Origin: the human T2T-CHM13v2.0 reference genome, Homo sapiens
DNA: 64,000 nt
Strand: one strand, 5' to 3'
Assembly (NCBI RefSeq): GCF_009914755.1
Contig: NC_060930.1
A program made the position numbers and the translations under genes. Below the pieces are notes generated by a model. That model was not told where the DNA came from. It worked only from the letters and a program-made list of their open reading frames with translations, and did no database searches. This document shows, piece by piece, positions 29,900-44,016 of the stretch; the first letter of the stretch is position 1; each line of letters begins with the position of its first letter.

Positions 29900-32044
29900 G
29901 CAGACTTTCTCTGTGTATGATACTGTGTTTTGATTAAAAGTTTACATTGCATTTTATTTTTTAGATAAAAATAAACACCAGAAACAGTTGAGGGACCAAG
30001 AAGTGCCAAAAAGTCCTGTAGGGATGAGGAGGCATTCTGCTGGACAGCTTTTTAAAATGTTTCCCACAGTCATCTGCCTCATTAACAATGGTCTTTATCT
30101 TAGAAGTGTCTCTTTGATTTTATAAATTGACATGATTTCTTGTTATGTTATAATATATTATATTAGTCTATTCTCATGCTGCTAATAAAGACATACTAGA
30201 GACTGGGTAATTTATAAAGGAAAAAGGTTTAAGGAACTCACAATTCCACATGGCTGGGGAGGCCTCACAATCATGGCGGAAGGCAAATGAGGAGCAAAGT
30301 CACATCTTAATATGGTGGCAGGCAAGAGAGTTTGTGGAGGGGAACTCCCACTTATAAAACCATCAGATCTCATGAGACTTATTCACTACCACAAGAATAG
30401 TATGGAGAAAACCGTCCCATGATTCAATTATCCTTACCTGGCCCCACCCTTGACACGTGGGGATTATTACAATTCAAGGTGAGATTTGGGTGGGGACACA
30501 ACCAAACCATATCATATATGCTGCTCCAGTCCTTCAAAAAGTCACACACGCATTTTCACTATGTCATCTATAGGCACTTTTTCTGCAGTGTTAACATCAC
30601 CTTCATCATCACTATTATCACGATCCCCTTTATTCAGAATCATTTCTCCTCCTTCACTGTCAGTCAGTAAATGAAGACCTGGAGCCTCATTATCAATATT
30701 AAAAACTATTTAATGTATACTTCTTCCATCTTACAGACAGGCTATGAAGGTCAGATATCATTTTTTTTCTCACTTGACATGTGGAATCCTTGAAAGTCAC
30801 CACCTTGTTCATCATCCATCTCTGAACATTGTCACAGGCCAGAGGTTGTGCCAGGCATGCACAACTGTGTCTTTAGTCATGTGTTCCAAGCACTGGCAAC
30901 AGCATCTTTCATGCTAAACTTCTTTTGAAAACATTCACACCCATGCCTCTGTTCATGCTCTTAACAGGCTGTTCAAAAAAGTGTTTTTTTAATATTTGCT
31001 CTTTATTTATCTAAGGATACCATTGTCACATGTTTGAATTAATGAAGTCCTATATGGGAAAAAGTGCACAGCAATAAACATTTTTGATGAAAACTTCAGC
31101 TACAGGATGAACAGAACTGTTGTCAAGGACTAACAAGATCTTGCAGTTGTCATATAGTCCAGCTTCCCTGCATTAAGCATGAGTCACTGGTATAAAATGT
31201 TGGTTAAACCATCAGAAAATCTGTCCCTGGTGATTTATGCCTTTCTGGTACCATAATAGTGAACTAGTTTGAAATTTGCTTCTTGAAAACACCAAGGGCC
31301 CCAACTTTTGTCTATCATAAAAAGTTTATACTTACGCATGCCTGCTGCATTAGCACATCTCCGCACAGTTATTCTATCCTTGGCATCCTTCATTCCTATA
31401 GGGGCTGTCTTATAGGGGCTGTCTTATCAGTTGTAGTCAATATCTTTCTGGGACAATAATGTCAAAACAGTTATGTTTTGTCAGCATTATAGAGTTGGTC
31501 TGGCATCAGATTTTCATCAGCAATGACCTTTGCAAACTCGTCAGTGAATTTCTCCACTACTTCATGATCAACAGACGTTTTATAACCAGAAATCCTGAAA
31601 AATTTAATGCCACATCCCTTCTGAAATTTCTTCAACCATTCTATTAAATATTTATAGTTCCCTTCAATTTTAAGTTCATCATGACAGATCTTTGCTTGTT
31701 TCATGATAGCATAACATTAAGTGGTATATGTTCACCGTGATACTGATGGATTCACTCTTCCAATAAAAGATCAACATCTTCATTTCTAGCTTTATGCAGT
31801 GTTTCTATTTTTCATTAACTTTGTCCATCATTTTCAGCATAGAACTTCAACAATGTATACTTTTTTTCTTCAGGCCATATATGGTGGTAATTCTAATACT
31901 ATCCTCTTTGTACGATGTTTCACACTTATACCACTGTCCAACTTCTAGAACAGCTTGACTTTCTGTGCTACAAATAAATATAAATGCTTCCTCTTTTTTT
32001 AACCTCTTTTTTACCATAATGATAGCTGCAGGTCTTTTTGACAT
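29900..32044 (-). pseudogene. Pogo/Tigger (CENP-B/JRK-like) transposase remnant
   Basis: MSKRPA.. start; ORF 31471-31704 ..WLKKFQKGCGIK..DQLYNADKT resembles the HTH and YNADET DDE start; many frameshifts; lower boundary approximate. Confidence 0.8.
30159..30514 (-). mobile_element. MaLR solo LTR THE1C-like, inserted in Tigger4
   Basis: tattagtctattctcatgctgctaataaagacata..ggccccacccttgacacgtggg..aaaccatatca; 5-bp TSD tatat. Confidence 0.92.
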
Positions 32045-32425
32045 TTTATACCCAGAAGAGAGAATAAGCAAAAAACCCACAGTGAGTCATGTACACAGGG
32101 CTTGGCTCCATGTGGCACATCGTAGTAACCCACCATGGGCACATCCAGCCTACACATGTACCTTTTTTTTTTTTACCCATTGTTGACATACTTGCAAAGG
32201 GGAATCTGGCTATACACAGAAGAGATATATCAAAACTGAAGGGGGTTGGGAGGGTAATTTTTCCTTTGGAGGCACTGAATATACTGTGCATTATGTGCTT
32301 CCATTTTGACTACGACCCATCCCATAAGGTCAAGTGTGGAATTTTCCACTTGTAGCATCATGATGTCTCTCAAAAAGTTTTATATTTTGGAGCATTTTAA
32401 AATTTGGATTTCTGTATTAGGGATG

Positions 32426-32498
32426 CTCTCTCTCTCTCTCTCTAGCTCTCTCTCTTTCTATATACACACACTCACACACACACACACATACACATACA
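32426..32498. repeat. Compound (TC)n/(CA)n microsatellite replacing the Tigger terminus
   Basis: Direct reading. Confidence 0.9.
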
Positions 32499-32540
32499 GA
32501 TTGGAATACATATATATTACAGCTAATGGAATATATACAG

Positions 32541-32955
32541 TGTGATGGTTACTACTGAGTGTCAACTTGATTTGATTGAGGGATACGAAGTGTTAATCCT
32601 GGGTGTGTCTGTGAGGGTGTTGCCAAAAGAGATGAACATTTGAGTCAGTGAGCTGGGGAAGGCAGATTCACCCTTAATCTGGTGGGGACAATATAATCAG
32701 CTTCCAGCCAATATAAAGCAGGCAGAAAAGCATGAAAAGGAGAGACAGGCCTAACCTCCCAGCCTACATCTTTCTCCCATGCTGGATGCTTTCTGCCCTC
32801 AAACAAGGGACTCCAAGTTCTTCGGTTTTGGGACTCAGACTGGCTCTCTTTGCCCCTCACCTTGCAGACAGCCTATTGTGGAACCCTGTGATAGTGTAAG
32901 TTAATAATAAACTACCCTATATGTATATATTAAATATATATATTTAATAAACTCC

Positions 32956-32998
<43 letters not shown>

Positions 32999-33037
32999 TA
33001 TTAGTTCTGGCCTTTTAAGAGAACCCTGACTAATACA
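32541..33037 (+). mobile_element. ERVL solo LTR MLT2A1 with internal (TA)n
   Basis: tgtgatggtt..gagtgtcaacttgat..cccagcctacatctttctcccatgctggatg..gagaaccctgactaataca; 5-bp TSD tacag. Confidence 0.92.
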
Positions 33038-33459
33038 TACAGCTAATGAAAAACAAGATGATTTCCATTAGCTTGTTGTTTTCCATTAGCTCATTGAGGG
33101 CAGAGACAATTTCTGACTTATTTCATTCAGGAGACTGTCTAAAATAAGACTTGCAGTTAGTTAAATACAATTAATGTTGCTGGATTAATGTATAATTGAA
33201 TATCCAGTACAAGAGTTTCTAAAGTTTTATATAAATCAATTTATCTCCAGGAATAAATTTTACAAAATAAGCAAGACCTGTAAAAAATTGTGAAGCTCTA
33301 TTAATAGATAACAAAGAAACTTCAGATTCTCTCCAAGGTGGCATGATTCAGCCTCCCATCCTAAAACAACCCTAAAACCTGGACAAAAGTATATAAAAAA
33401 GCATTTTTAAAGACACAAACATCAGGAAAAGAATGATGAAAAAAAGCAAACTTTAAATA

Positions 33460-34260
33460 TAGATATTCCAGCAAGTAAAAATGATCATATTTGAAAAAAA
33501 AATCACAATTTTGCAACCTCTAATGAATTAATGGAGTGAAAAGGAGACAGTATGCACTTCTGTCAGGTCTTGTCCCTCAAAATAATTTAATAAATTGAAT
33601 CTCAATCTAATCAACCTTCTAAATCTAAAGGGCAATTTATAGAAAATACAGAGGACATAGGGACACATAAAATAACACAACAAGAATATAATCAGCAAAT
33701 CGAAGACTGGTAAACCCTGGAAGACCTTTTCCTCAAGAAATAAATTGCAAAGAAAAGAAAAAGAAACGGAGGAGAAACAAACTAAAAATTACTTCAAGGC
33801 AAATCAACCAATCAGACGTTACTTTCATCTGATCCAAACAAAACACCAGGCATTAAGTAACATTTATGAGATATTTGAAGCTTTTATGATATTCAGGACT
33901 TATAGTTAGTGTTTAGGTGTTTATAATGTGACTGTAGTTATTTTTTAAAATGAGTTCTTTTCTTTTAGAGACACATACTAATACATGCGAAAGTAGATAT
34001 AAGATCTCTTGATTTTGCTTCAAAATAATATAGGGAGAGGAAAAATGGGTAAGGGAACACATAAAACAAGATTGAACTTAAACTGATAATTGTTGAAGCA
34101 GATTTGTCTATAATAAAAACAGGTTTCTTAACCATTATTTCTTCTTCATAGGAGGCTTCTAGAACTCGAGTAATATTCTATTTCTTGCCCTTGTTGTTAT
34201 CTGGGCATTATCATTTCACAATAACTTATATATTATAAATTTAAGACATGTGCACTTTTC
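33460..34260 (+). mobile_element. L1MC-like 3' region
   Basis: aatcacaattttgcaacc..attgaatctcaatctaatcaacc..aaatacagaggaca..aactgataattgttgaagc. Confidence 0.7.
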
Positions 34261-34261
34261 T

Positions 34262-34388
34262 AGCCAGGTGTGATAGTGCATTCCTGAAGCCCTGGCTCCT
34301 CAAAAGGCTAAGGCAGGAGAATCACTTCAGCCCAGGAAACGGAGACCAGCCTGAAAAACGTGGTGAGGTTGCATTTCAAAAAAAAAAA
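34262..34388 (+). mobile_element. Free Alu monomer (FLAM_A-like)
   Basis: ~125-bp monomer with poly-A; gtgcactttt on both flanks (TSD-like). Confidence 0.8.
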
Positions 34389-34519
34389 GGGGTGCACTTT
34401 TTCGAATGGGTTTTTACACTGAACTAAGGGATCCCCCTCTTTGGCTGTGTCTCTTCTGGGACTTTTCCCCTACTCTCTTACCTGCCCAGGCTTTTTCCTG
34501 CAGTTACTATGCTTTAAGG

Positions 34520-34672
34520 TTTTTCTGATTTGGCACTATTGACTTTTAGGGCCAAATAATTCTTTGTTGTAGGGTGCTGTCCTGTGTATTGTAACAATAT
34601 GTAGCATCTCAAACTCTCACCTCCAGTTACACCAAAAATGTCTTCAGACATTGCCAAATGTTTCCCGTGGGA
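34520..34672 (-). mobile_element. MER20 (hAT-Charlie)
   Basis: tggcactattgac..ataattctttgttg..ctgtcctgtg..aaaaatgtcttcagacattgccaaatgt. Confidence 0.85.
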
Positions 34673-35027
34673 CTTATTGCTTAGGTCAGAAAAATGTCAG
34701 CATTTATTTTGAAATTTTAGCTGCCCATGCAGCACACCTGGTGAGTGAGGCTGAACTTGGGGCAAAACCATACAAAGGAAGAAAGAAAAGAAATCACCTT
34801 CCTATTCCACTTGCTTTTTCAGGCTTTAACTCACCTCTATAAATTCCCTACTTTTCTTTACTTTTTAGAAACTTTAGGTCATTTGGGGTTTTTGTTCATT
34901 TGTTATGATTATTTTTGTATTTTTTTTCAAAGTTTATACTTGCTATGAACTACAGTGATGAGGTACAGGGAACTTACATTGCCACAGTGGAATTAAAACT
35001 TGGAACAGTCTCCATTCTCTACCACCA

Positions 35028-35061
35028 TGCACACACATGCACACACACACACACACACACA
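35028..35061. repeat. (CA)n microsatellite
   Basis: Direct reading. Confidence 0.9.
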
Positions 35062-35139
35062 ATAAGTGAGTATCTAAACTGACTAAAACGTATATATTTT
35101 TTATATCTAAAATTAAAACTTTACTAGATATATCTCAGT

Positions 35140-35800
35140 GTCAACATTCTGGATCAATTTTTTTCTGCCAAACATGGTGACACTTCAATATGTGGATTTT
35201 GTTAGCTCTTTTTAAAGATATATTAGAATTATCTATATATTCGTAATGTTCCATTATTTTTTTCCTTTGGAGACTCCAATTACACTTATGTTGGATTTCT
35301 TTGAATCTATATTCAATCTGTATCATGCTTTCTCATTTTTCACTCTTTCTCTAATTTCCACTTAATTGTGTTTGGTTTCTTATTTTTCTCATCCATTGGT
35401 TTCTCCAGTGTCTCTAATACCTTGTAGTCTTTCCAATTTCATCACTGTTATTTATCTCCTTTATTCTTTGGTTCAAGTAGTTCCTATTTAATATCCTCCT
35501 AGTGCTCTGGTTTCTCCTTCCAGAGGGTTTTTTTTTTTTCATTTCTTCCTTGTAGCTTTCTAACACAGAATTTATTAACTCAGATTTTATTATTTTCATT
35601 CACATAGCTGATAATGCTTTTCAGCTACTCCGTGGTGTTCCTTTTCTGGTAATTTTTTTATCTATTGGCATGTTGTAATGCTCATTTTCTTCTTTATTCT
35701 TACAGTATCTTTGTATAAATTCTATTTTTTCTTTTTAAATTTTATTATCTTTGAATTAGTTCAATTTTCTGGATCAACTGTTCGCAAGAGTTTTCTTTGA
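35140..35800 (-). mobile_element. Ancient L1M/HAL1 ORF1-region fragment
   Basis: ttcctttggagactccaattacacttatgttggat antisense ORF1-type motif; very diverged. Confidence 0.55.
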
Positions 35801-35907
35801 AGGTGAAGATAGAATGGGCCAGATAAGCCATACAGACTTTACATACCAAATTCTCTCTTTTACCACTACTGTAGAGGTGAACTGCTTCCTGCATGTATGG
35901 ATATATT

Positions 35908-35908
35908 G

Positions 35909-35947
<39 letters not shown>
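35908..35947. repeat. (TG)n microsatellite
   Basis: Direct reading. Confidence 0.95.
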
Positions 35948-35949
<2 letters not shown>

Positions 35950-36229
35950 ACTGTAACCATACCTCTCCAACTCCCTCTTCCCAGATCAAGGAGGCCTTCT
36001 GCCATCAACCTTAATCTCGTTAGTTCCCATGCTTATTGTAAAAAAGTGACTAGCCAGGGTAATATTTAAAATATTTAACAAATAGTACAGAAAGGAAGGG
36101 AGCAGAGAAAGCCAAAGCAGCTGAAAGGTGGTTGGTGAATGTACTCAGGGAGCGTGGAACAGCAACTATTTACAAATCTACTCTGAATTATTGCAGGATT
36201 TTAATAACTAACACTATTATGTGCACTGA

Positions 36230-36646
<417 letters not shown>

Positions 36647-36849
36647 TAGTGGGCCCTTCTCTGTCCTCTGCTCTTAATCTCAAATATATATTCATATTAT
36701 AATTTTCTCCTACATTCACTCAAGATGGAGTTTTTATAGGTTTTTTTTTTTACTTGTTGCTTTTTAAGTGTGCCAGGAAGAGAAGGAAAAATACTCTAAT
36801 TTGTATTTTTCCGTTTATACCAAAAGTCTGAGTTAAGAAGTTCATTGTT

Positions 36850-37740
<891 letters not shown>

Positions 37741-37744
37741 ACCA

Positions 37745-38515
37745 GAGATGCAATGTAGTGCAGTGGGGAAGACAGCAAGTCTTGAGCTCTCAGACTTCCT
37801 GTTAAGTCCCTGCTCTGTCACTTTATAATGGTATTATCTGGGGGGAAGTTTTTTAACACCTCCATGCCTCCGGGTTCTCATTTTTAAAACAGAGATATTA
37901 ACATGGTATATATCTGCCTTAATTTTATATTAATCTTCGTGTTTGTTTGCTGAAAGGACTCAAATAGTGTTTACTCACAAAATAGCTTTATTATGGGTAA
38001 AGGATACAATGCAACAATGGCAAAACAAAGGTATTCATTGAAAGGGGTCTGGAAATCTCAGATGCAGGCTTGTCTTCTCACTATGGATTGCACTGAATTG
38101 ACTTGTTCTCCTAGTTTTGAATCACCATCAAAATGTATGCAAAGCATCTTGGTACCAACAAGCTCAAAGTCTGTTCATGATGGGGTCTGTTATAGAGAGG
38201 TGGTCACATAGGCACATTCCAGCTATGTGATCATCCTAAATTACAAAAATTACCCAGGTTGCACCAAACACAGATGCAAATCATCAATTACAAAACAGTG
38301 TTGACAAATTGATGCATCCACATGGTTATAGAACATAATTTATCACTAGTTAAAATATATTATAACATTGGCCAAGGGTGATTACTCCAGGTAGTTCTGG
38401 ACATAAGCATGAGGTCAACCCAGCTGAATACTATGTCAAAAGGCTTTTGTGAGATTTGAAGAAGTTACAATTCTAAGCACTGTGCTTATTCCTAGGTAAA
38501 TACTAGCTATTTTTT
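37745..38515 (+). mobile_element. MIR split by an LTR
   Basis: MIR 5' part 37745-37915; resumes aggcttttgtgagatt at ~38440. Confidence 0.7.
37925..38437 (-). mobile_element. ERVL-type LTR (MER77/MER68/MER21 group)
   Basis: ttgctgaaaggactca..tactcac..tttatta..aaaggataca..gatgcaggctt..ggtcacataggcac. Confidence 0.6.
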
Positions 38516-38603
38516 GTTATGCTTAAGGTGTGATTCTTATAATTGAATTTATTCTTTTTGTTATACCTGAGATTATTTGCCTTTAACTATAGAGTTTGCT
38601 CTT

Positions 38604-38639
38604 GGCTGGGTGGGTTGGCTCACACTTGTAATCCCAGCA

Positions 38640-38641
<2 letters not shown>
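38604..38641 (+). mobile_element. Alu head only (38 bp, 3'-truncated)
   Basis: ggctgggtgggttggctcacacttgtaatcccagcact then abrupt switch to L1M. Confidence 0.85.
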
Positions 38642-39314
<673 letters not shown>

Positions 39315-39552
39315 TGTTGTAGATAAAATTGTGTCTCCCTCAGATTCATATGTTGAAGTCCTAACTCTCAGTACTTCAGAATGTGACCTTATTCGAAATA
39401 AGATAATTAAAGATATAATTGGTTAAGATGAAGTCTCCCTAGAGTTGCATGGTCTCCTAATCCAATGTGACTAGTGTTCCCATAAAAGGGAAAATTTGGA
39501 GACAGATGGGCACAAAGGAAAGACGATGTGAAGACAGAGAGAGAAAATGGTT
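39315..39552 (+). mobile_element. MaLR LTR MLT1B-like, 5' half only
   Basis: attcatatgttgaagtcctaac..cagaatgtgaccttatt..cctaatccaatgtgact..gatgtgaagaca; stops abruptly. Confidence 0.85.
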
Positions 39553-40000
39553 ATTCCTCAGACCTATATTCTAGTTCAGACCTTCTCCTTTTAGCAGCAC
39601 CTAATCTGCTTTCAAGTGGTCTTTAAAAAATGATTACATTGTTTTCCCTAGGGATTATATTTGGTTATTTTTCAAAGATGCCTATTCTTTTTTCATAACA
39701 CGTTGTACTTTTCAATTTATTTTGTGTTGATATGATCAATTTAAACATATTTGCTTTATAATCCATAACTTCTAATTCTGTAAAGTTCTGTGTGCCTAAT
39801 TTTTCTTTATTATATATTTTCATATTAGATTTTTTCCTCATCTCATTGGTAACTTTTTATTGTGAGTTCACCTTACTGGAAATCATTTTCTCTATTGGTA
39901 ATTGCATGTGGCCAGGAGTGTGAAAGTGTTCTCTCTGTTACTTCTACCAGGTAAATTAAGAGTATTACTTGTTCAAGATCATTTATTTCATTAATTTTAT
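39553..40000 (-). mobile_element. Ancient L1M ORF1 5' portion
   Basis: attcctcagacctatattctagttc..ctaatctgct..tatttggttatttttcaaa. Confidence 0.65.
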
Positions 40001-40828
40001 AGCTAGGAGCACTCCTGGAACTTATAAATAATACAAAGTAGTGTCACAAATCAATGCAGTTTTCTTTGTTCCTCAGTGTCTAGCCTGGAAAAAAAACTTA
40101 CATTCTGCTTGGGCAAAGAAGTGTTTTTTAGTCTACATTTTAGTTTAGGTGTACTTCTAATTTTATCCAGAAGGTTTCCATTTTTGTCTGCCACTGTTGA
40201 CCAACTTTTTCAAAACACCATGCACACAAGAATGAGCACTGTTTTATAATTTTTACAATTACGTAGGAGTAGTAGAGAAGTGAATGTAGTGATGATAATA
40301 TAACAGCACAGCAGATGACATAAATTAGACATTTAAAAAAGTATTTCAGTCTCTACCCACTGCCACCTCATTAAGAAATAGAAAAGTCTATTTTATTGAG
40401 ACTCTTTGTTTTTATTCATTTATTAATTCATTTCTTTGTGCTGACAAAAATGTAAAATTCTTTCATTTTTATTATGAAATTGCTTATACCCTTCCGTCTT
40501 CTCTGCTAATTAAATTCTGGTTCTACCTTGGCACAATCAAAACCTTATTGAGTTGCTCTATGAACCCTTCTAGCTTTGAAATTGCAGGCTTTTCTCTTTA
40601 TTATGAATTAAATCCAACTTGTCAAATCAAATAAAGTCTAATGTGAAAAATAAATTACTACACTTTAAGAGTAGTGGGTTAATTTTCATGTATATAGGTA
40701 GGTATTTAATCATTCCATGTTGTTATTTTGTTGAGATTTTGCTTTTGCTACAGCATGCTTTTTAGTGAGAGATACTTAAGTTTTCTCAAGAAGACTACAG
40801 ACATATTTTCTAATACAATGATAGAGGT

Positions 40829-41574
40829 AGAGAAATGCAAATCAAAACCACAATGAGATATCATCTCAGACCAGTTAGAATGGCGATCATTAAAAAGTCA
40901 GGAAACAACAGGTGCTGGAGAGGATGTGGAGAAATAGGAACACTTTTACACTATTGGTGGGACTGTAAACTAGTTCAACCACTGTGGAAGACAGTGTGGC
41001 GATTCCTCAGGGATCTAGAACTAGAAATACCATTTGACCCAGCCATCCCATTACTGGGTATATACCCAAAGGAATATAAATCATGCTGCTATAAAGACAC
41101 ATGCACACGTACGTTTATTGTGGCACTATTCACAATAGCAAAGACTTGGAACCAACCCACATGTCCAACAATGATAGACTGGATTAAGAAAATGTGGCAC
41201 ATATACACCATGGAATACTATGCAGCCATTAAAAATGATGAGTTCATGTCCTTTGTAGAGACGTGGATGAAGCTGGAAACCATCATGCTCAGCAAACTAT
41301 CACGAGGACAAAAAACCAAACACCACATGTTCTCACTCATAGGTGGGAATTGAACAATGAGAACACTTGGACACAGGAAGGGGAACATCACACACCGAGG
41401 CCTGTTGTGGGGTGGGGGGAGGGGGAAGGGATAGCATTAGGAGATATACCTAATGTAAATGACGAGTTCATGGGTGCAGCACACCAACATGGCACATGTA
41501 TACATATGTAACAAACCACATTGTGCACATGTACCCTAGAACTTAAAGTATAATAGAAAAAAAATATATAAAAA
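40829..41574 (+). mobile_element. 5'-truncated L1 3' end (L1PA4/5-like)
   Basis: 172-aa intact ORF2 C-terminus (..[20 protein letters not shown]), G-rich 3'UTR, A-rich tail. Confidence 0.95.
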
Positions 41575-42699
41575 GAAAACTTAAATTTTCTTATTTAAGT
41601 AGATCACATAAATTAATAATTAAGAGAAATTTCTAGTTTCCTTGGCCTACATGGCTTTATATGATATTCAATTATCTATCTTTAAAAATAGGTTTAATTT
41701 TCATTATTTTATGGTATTTAGGCAGGAATGCTCATGTCTGGTTTTCTACTATAAATACCCTGACTGTCATGTGTATAGGTGACTGTTCTGGATATTCTTG
41801 AACTCAGTATTAGGGCTTTCAAGCATCACGAAGGGCAAATCTCACTCTAACTATTCCCAGTGGGCCTCTGGCAAGTGGGTTAACCATGCATGGATGTTCT
41901 CCAATGCTACTGGGTTCAGAGCCAACTCAGAGGATTCTGCTTTCTCACGTTGGCCAATATGGGTGGTAATATCAACCCTGGTATTTTTCTGAGCCACAAG
42001 CATGAAACCAATCTTAACATTAATTGGCATAATAAGAACAAAAACTGTATCTGACCTCACAAAATTCAGCTTCACAAATGTAGGCTTTCCAAAATACAAA
42101 AATGACAAGTTGAGAAAAATCAAGTTTATTCAAGCTTGAAATTCAAAATTTTTTGTTGTTGTTAATATCTTTCGCTAGCAGACACACACATATGTATATA
42201 CACAAAACTAAGAATATCAGTCCATTTTTATTTATTCAACATATAGTTTGCTGCATTCTATTTATTTATTACTAAACAGTTATACTAACACTAATTATAT
42301 CATCTGACCAGAACCTCTAATTAGAAGCTTGATGTCTTTCGTTCATATGAGTGTAGAATTGATGATTATTTTAAAATAATAAGTAGATAAAATCTTCAAA
42401 TATATAGTTCCAAAGTGACAGAGTGGTCAGATGTAACCAATTATAATTTGAGTCATTGCCATTAAAAATGAAGAAACTGTACATAATTCATACTCTGATA
42501 GTAAAGTTATCATTGATACAACCCTGTTCTGTTCTATAGATGCTACTGCATCCCAATGCATAAGTGGCAAAGTCTTTATCCTAGGTCTTGGTCTCTTCAT
42601 TCCTAAACTTTCTGTAATATTTCTTTGACTATACATGTAGGTGTGCACACACACACACACCTCATTTTGCAGTATTTCTCTTCAATTTTATATCTGGCA

Positions 42700-42855
42700 T
42701 ATATCTCTATTTAGCCAATCATCACACTGATATGCAACCTTGGTTAGGTGTTTATATGTCTCACCGTACTCTGTTGCTTACCTTTGTTTCCAGCATCTAT
42801 CCCAGTGCCTAGAGCACAATAGACACTCAATAAGTATGTTAAGAATGAGAGAATC
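42700..42855 (+). mobile_element. L2 3' end
   Basis: tatcccagtgcctagagcacaatagacactcaataagtatgtt. Confidence 0.7.
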
Positions 42856-43234
42856 TGTCCCTTCAACATTATTTTTTTCTTTTTAAAAGCAATTAGCCAT
42901 CTCACCACTATACAAAAAGAGCACCTAGTTTGACCACTGAAAACTGCAAACATTTTGTCCTTTTCCACCCTGTCCGTATCAGGAAACACTCTTGAGTTGA
43001 TAGTATTAACTACCACCTAGTGGCTAGGATGGGAACTATATGATTTGATATATGCTACCTGCCACCTTCAAGAGACTTGGGAGATTTAAACCTTTGGAAA
43101 TAGGGTTTATCAATGACAGCAGGAGCAATAAGTAAACCCCAGCAGAATCTAATTTCAGCTCCAACAGTCACACACCTGAGCGCTCTTATTTTGGGTTTGG
43201 AGCATTTAATGCTCCTTTGGGATATTTGCATACA

Positions 43235-43520
43235 GCAAATATCAGACTTCTTAAGTCCAAACCTCTCATCTCCCACTTACTATCTGAATGACTCTAGACA
43301 AATTATTCAGCATTTCTATATCATAGAGTTCTTCTCATCTATAAAATTGGAATGTACTATATGGCCCTTCATAATCGTAATATCCACATTGAGGATATCA
43401 ATGTACTATATGGCCCTTCACAATTGTAATATCTACATTGAGGTTCTCGTGAAGAAAAGACATAATAACCCATGTGAAGATTATCGCAATATCTGCTTCT
43501 TAATAACTTAGTAACTGAGT
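43235..43520 (+). mobile_element. MIR with internal 49-bp tandem duplication
   Basis: ccacttactatctgaatgactctagacaaatta..ttctcatctataaaat; repeat units 43351-43399 and 43400-43448. Confidence 0.7.
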
Positions 43521-43941
43521 ATTGTTTCTGTATTGACCTAGTCTGTCTAGCTCAATAGTCTAGCTTCCTGGCTAGTCTGTCTTCCTTTGTAATCAAGGGT
43601 GTGAAACAATCTCTGATTATACTGCCTAGTCATGAAATTTTTCTCCAGGTCGGGTCTTCATTTTCATTTTCTTCCTTTGTTTGAACTAGTGTCTGCTCTG
43701 GCCTTTCTGGCCCTGTCCTCTTTATAAGTCCAATGCATGTCTCAGTATCTCTTCTCCACAACCTACTTCTTTTCATTGAGAAGGTTTGTGTCTGCAATAA
43801 TGTTCTTACATTTTCATTTATATCACAACAGAGATAATTCCATCTTGGGTACTATTCCTTGTCTATAAATATACTGCTCTGGCCATTTACTCCTTCTCAT
43901 GTATCTCCTATTGTATGCTCGATTTATTCAGAAACACTTAC

Positions 43942-44016
43942 CATCCTTTCTGCAAACTCATTCCTTCTGTCCTAAGGTATGGCTGATAACACATGTGTGG
44001 GCCTGTGGAAGGTTAC
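43942..44016 (-). other. Candidate 75-nt exon
   Basis: Minus strand: cctttctcttttcttatacag|GTAACC...GGATG|gtaagt; unique sequence; no transcript evidence available. Confidence 0.45.

Larger units (their letters stand above)
29565..32428 (-). mobile_element. Near full-length Tigger4 (Zombi) DNA transposon, TcMar-Tigger
   Basis: TA + TIR caggtggagtatcccttatccaaaatgc; opposite end ttttggagcattt..ttagggatgctc; transposase remnants on minus strand. Confidence 0.88.

Noticed and set aside
40835-41353. 172-aa intact ORF
   Set aside because: C-terminus of L1 ORF2p in a young truncated copy; intact because of youth.
41851-42123. 90-aa minus-strand ORF in unique DNA
   Set aside because: Non-ATG start, no recognisable homology and no convincing splice-site pair.
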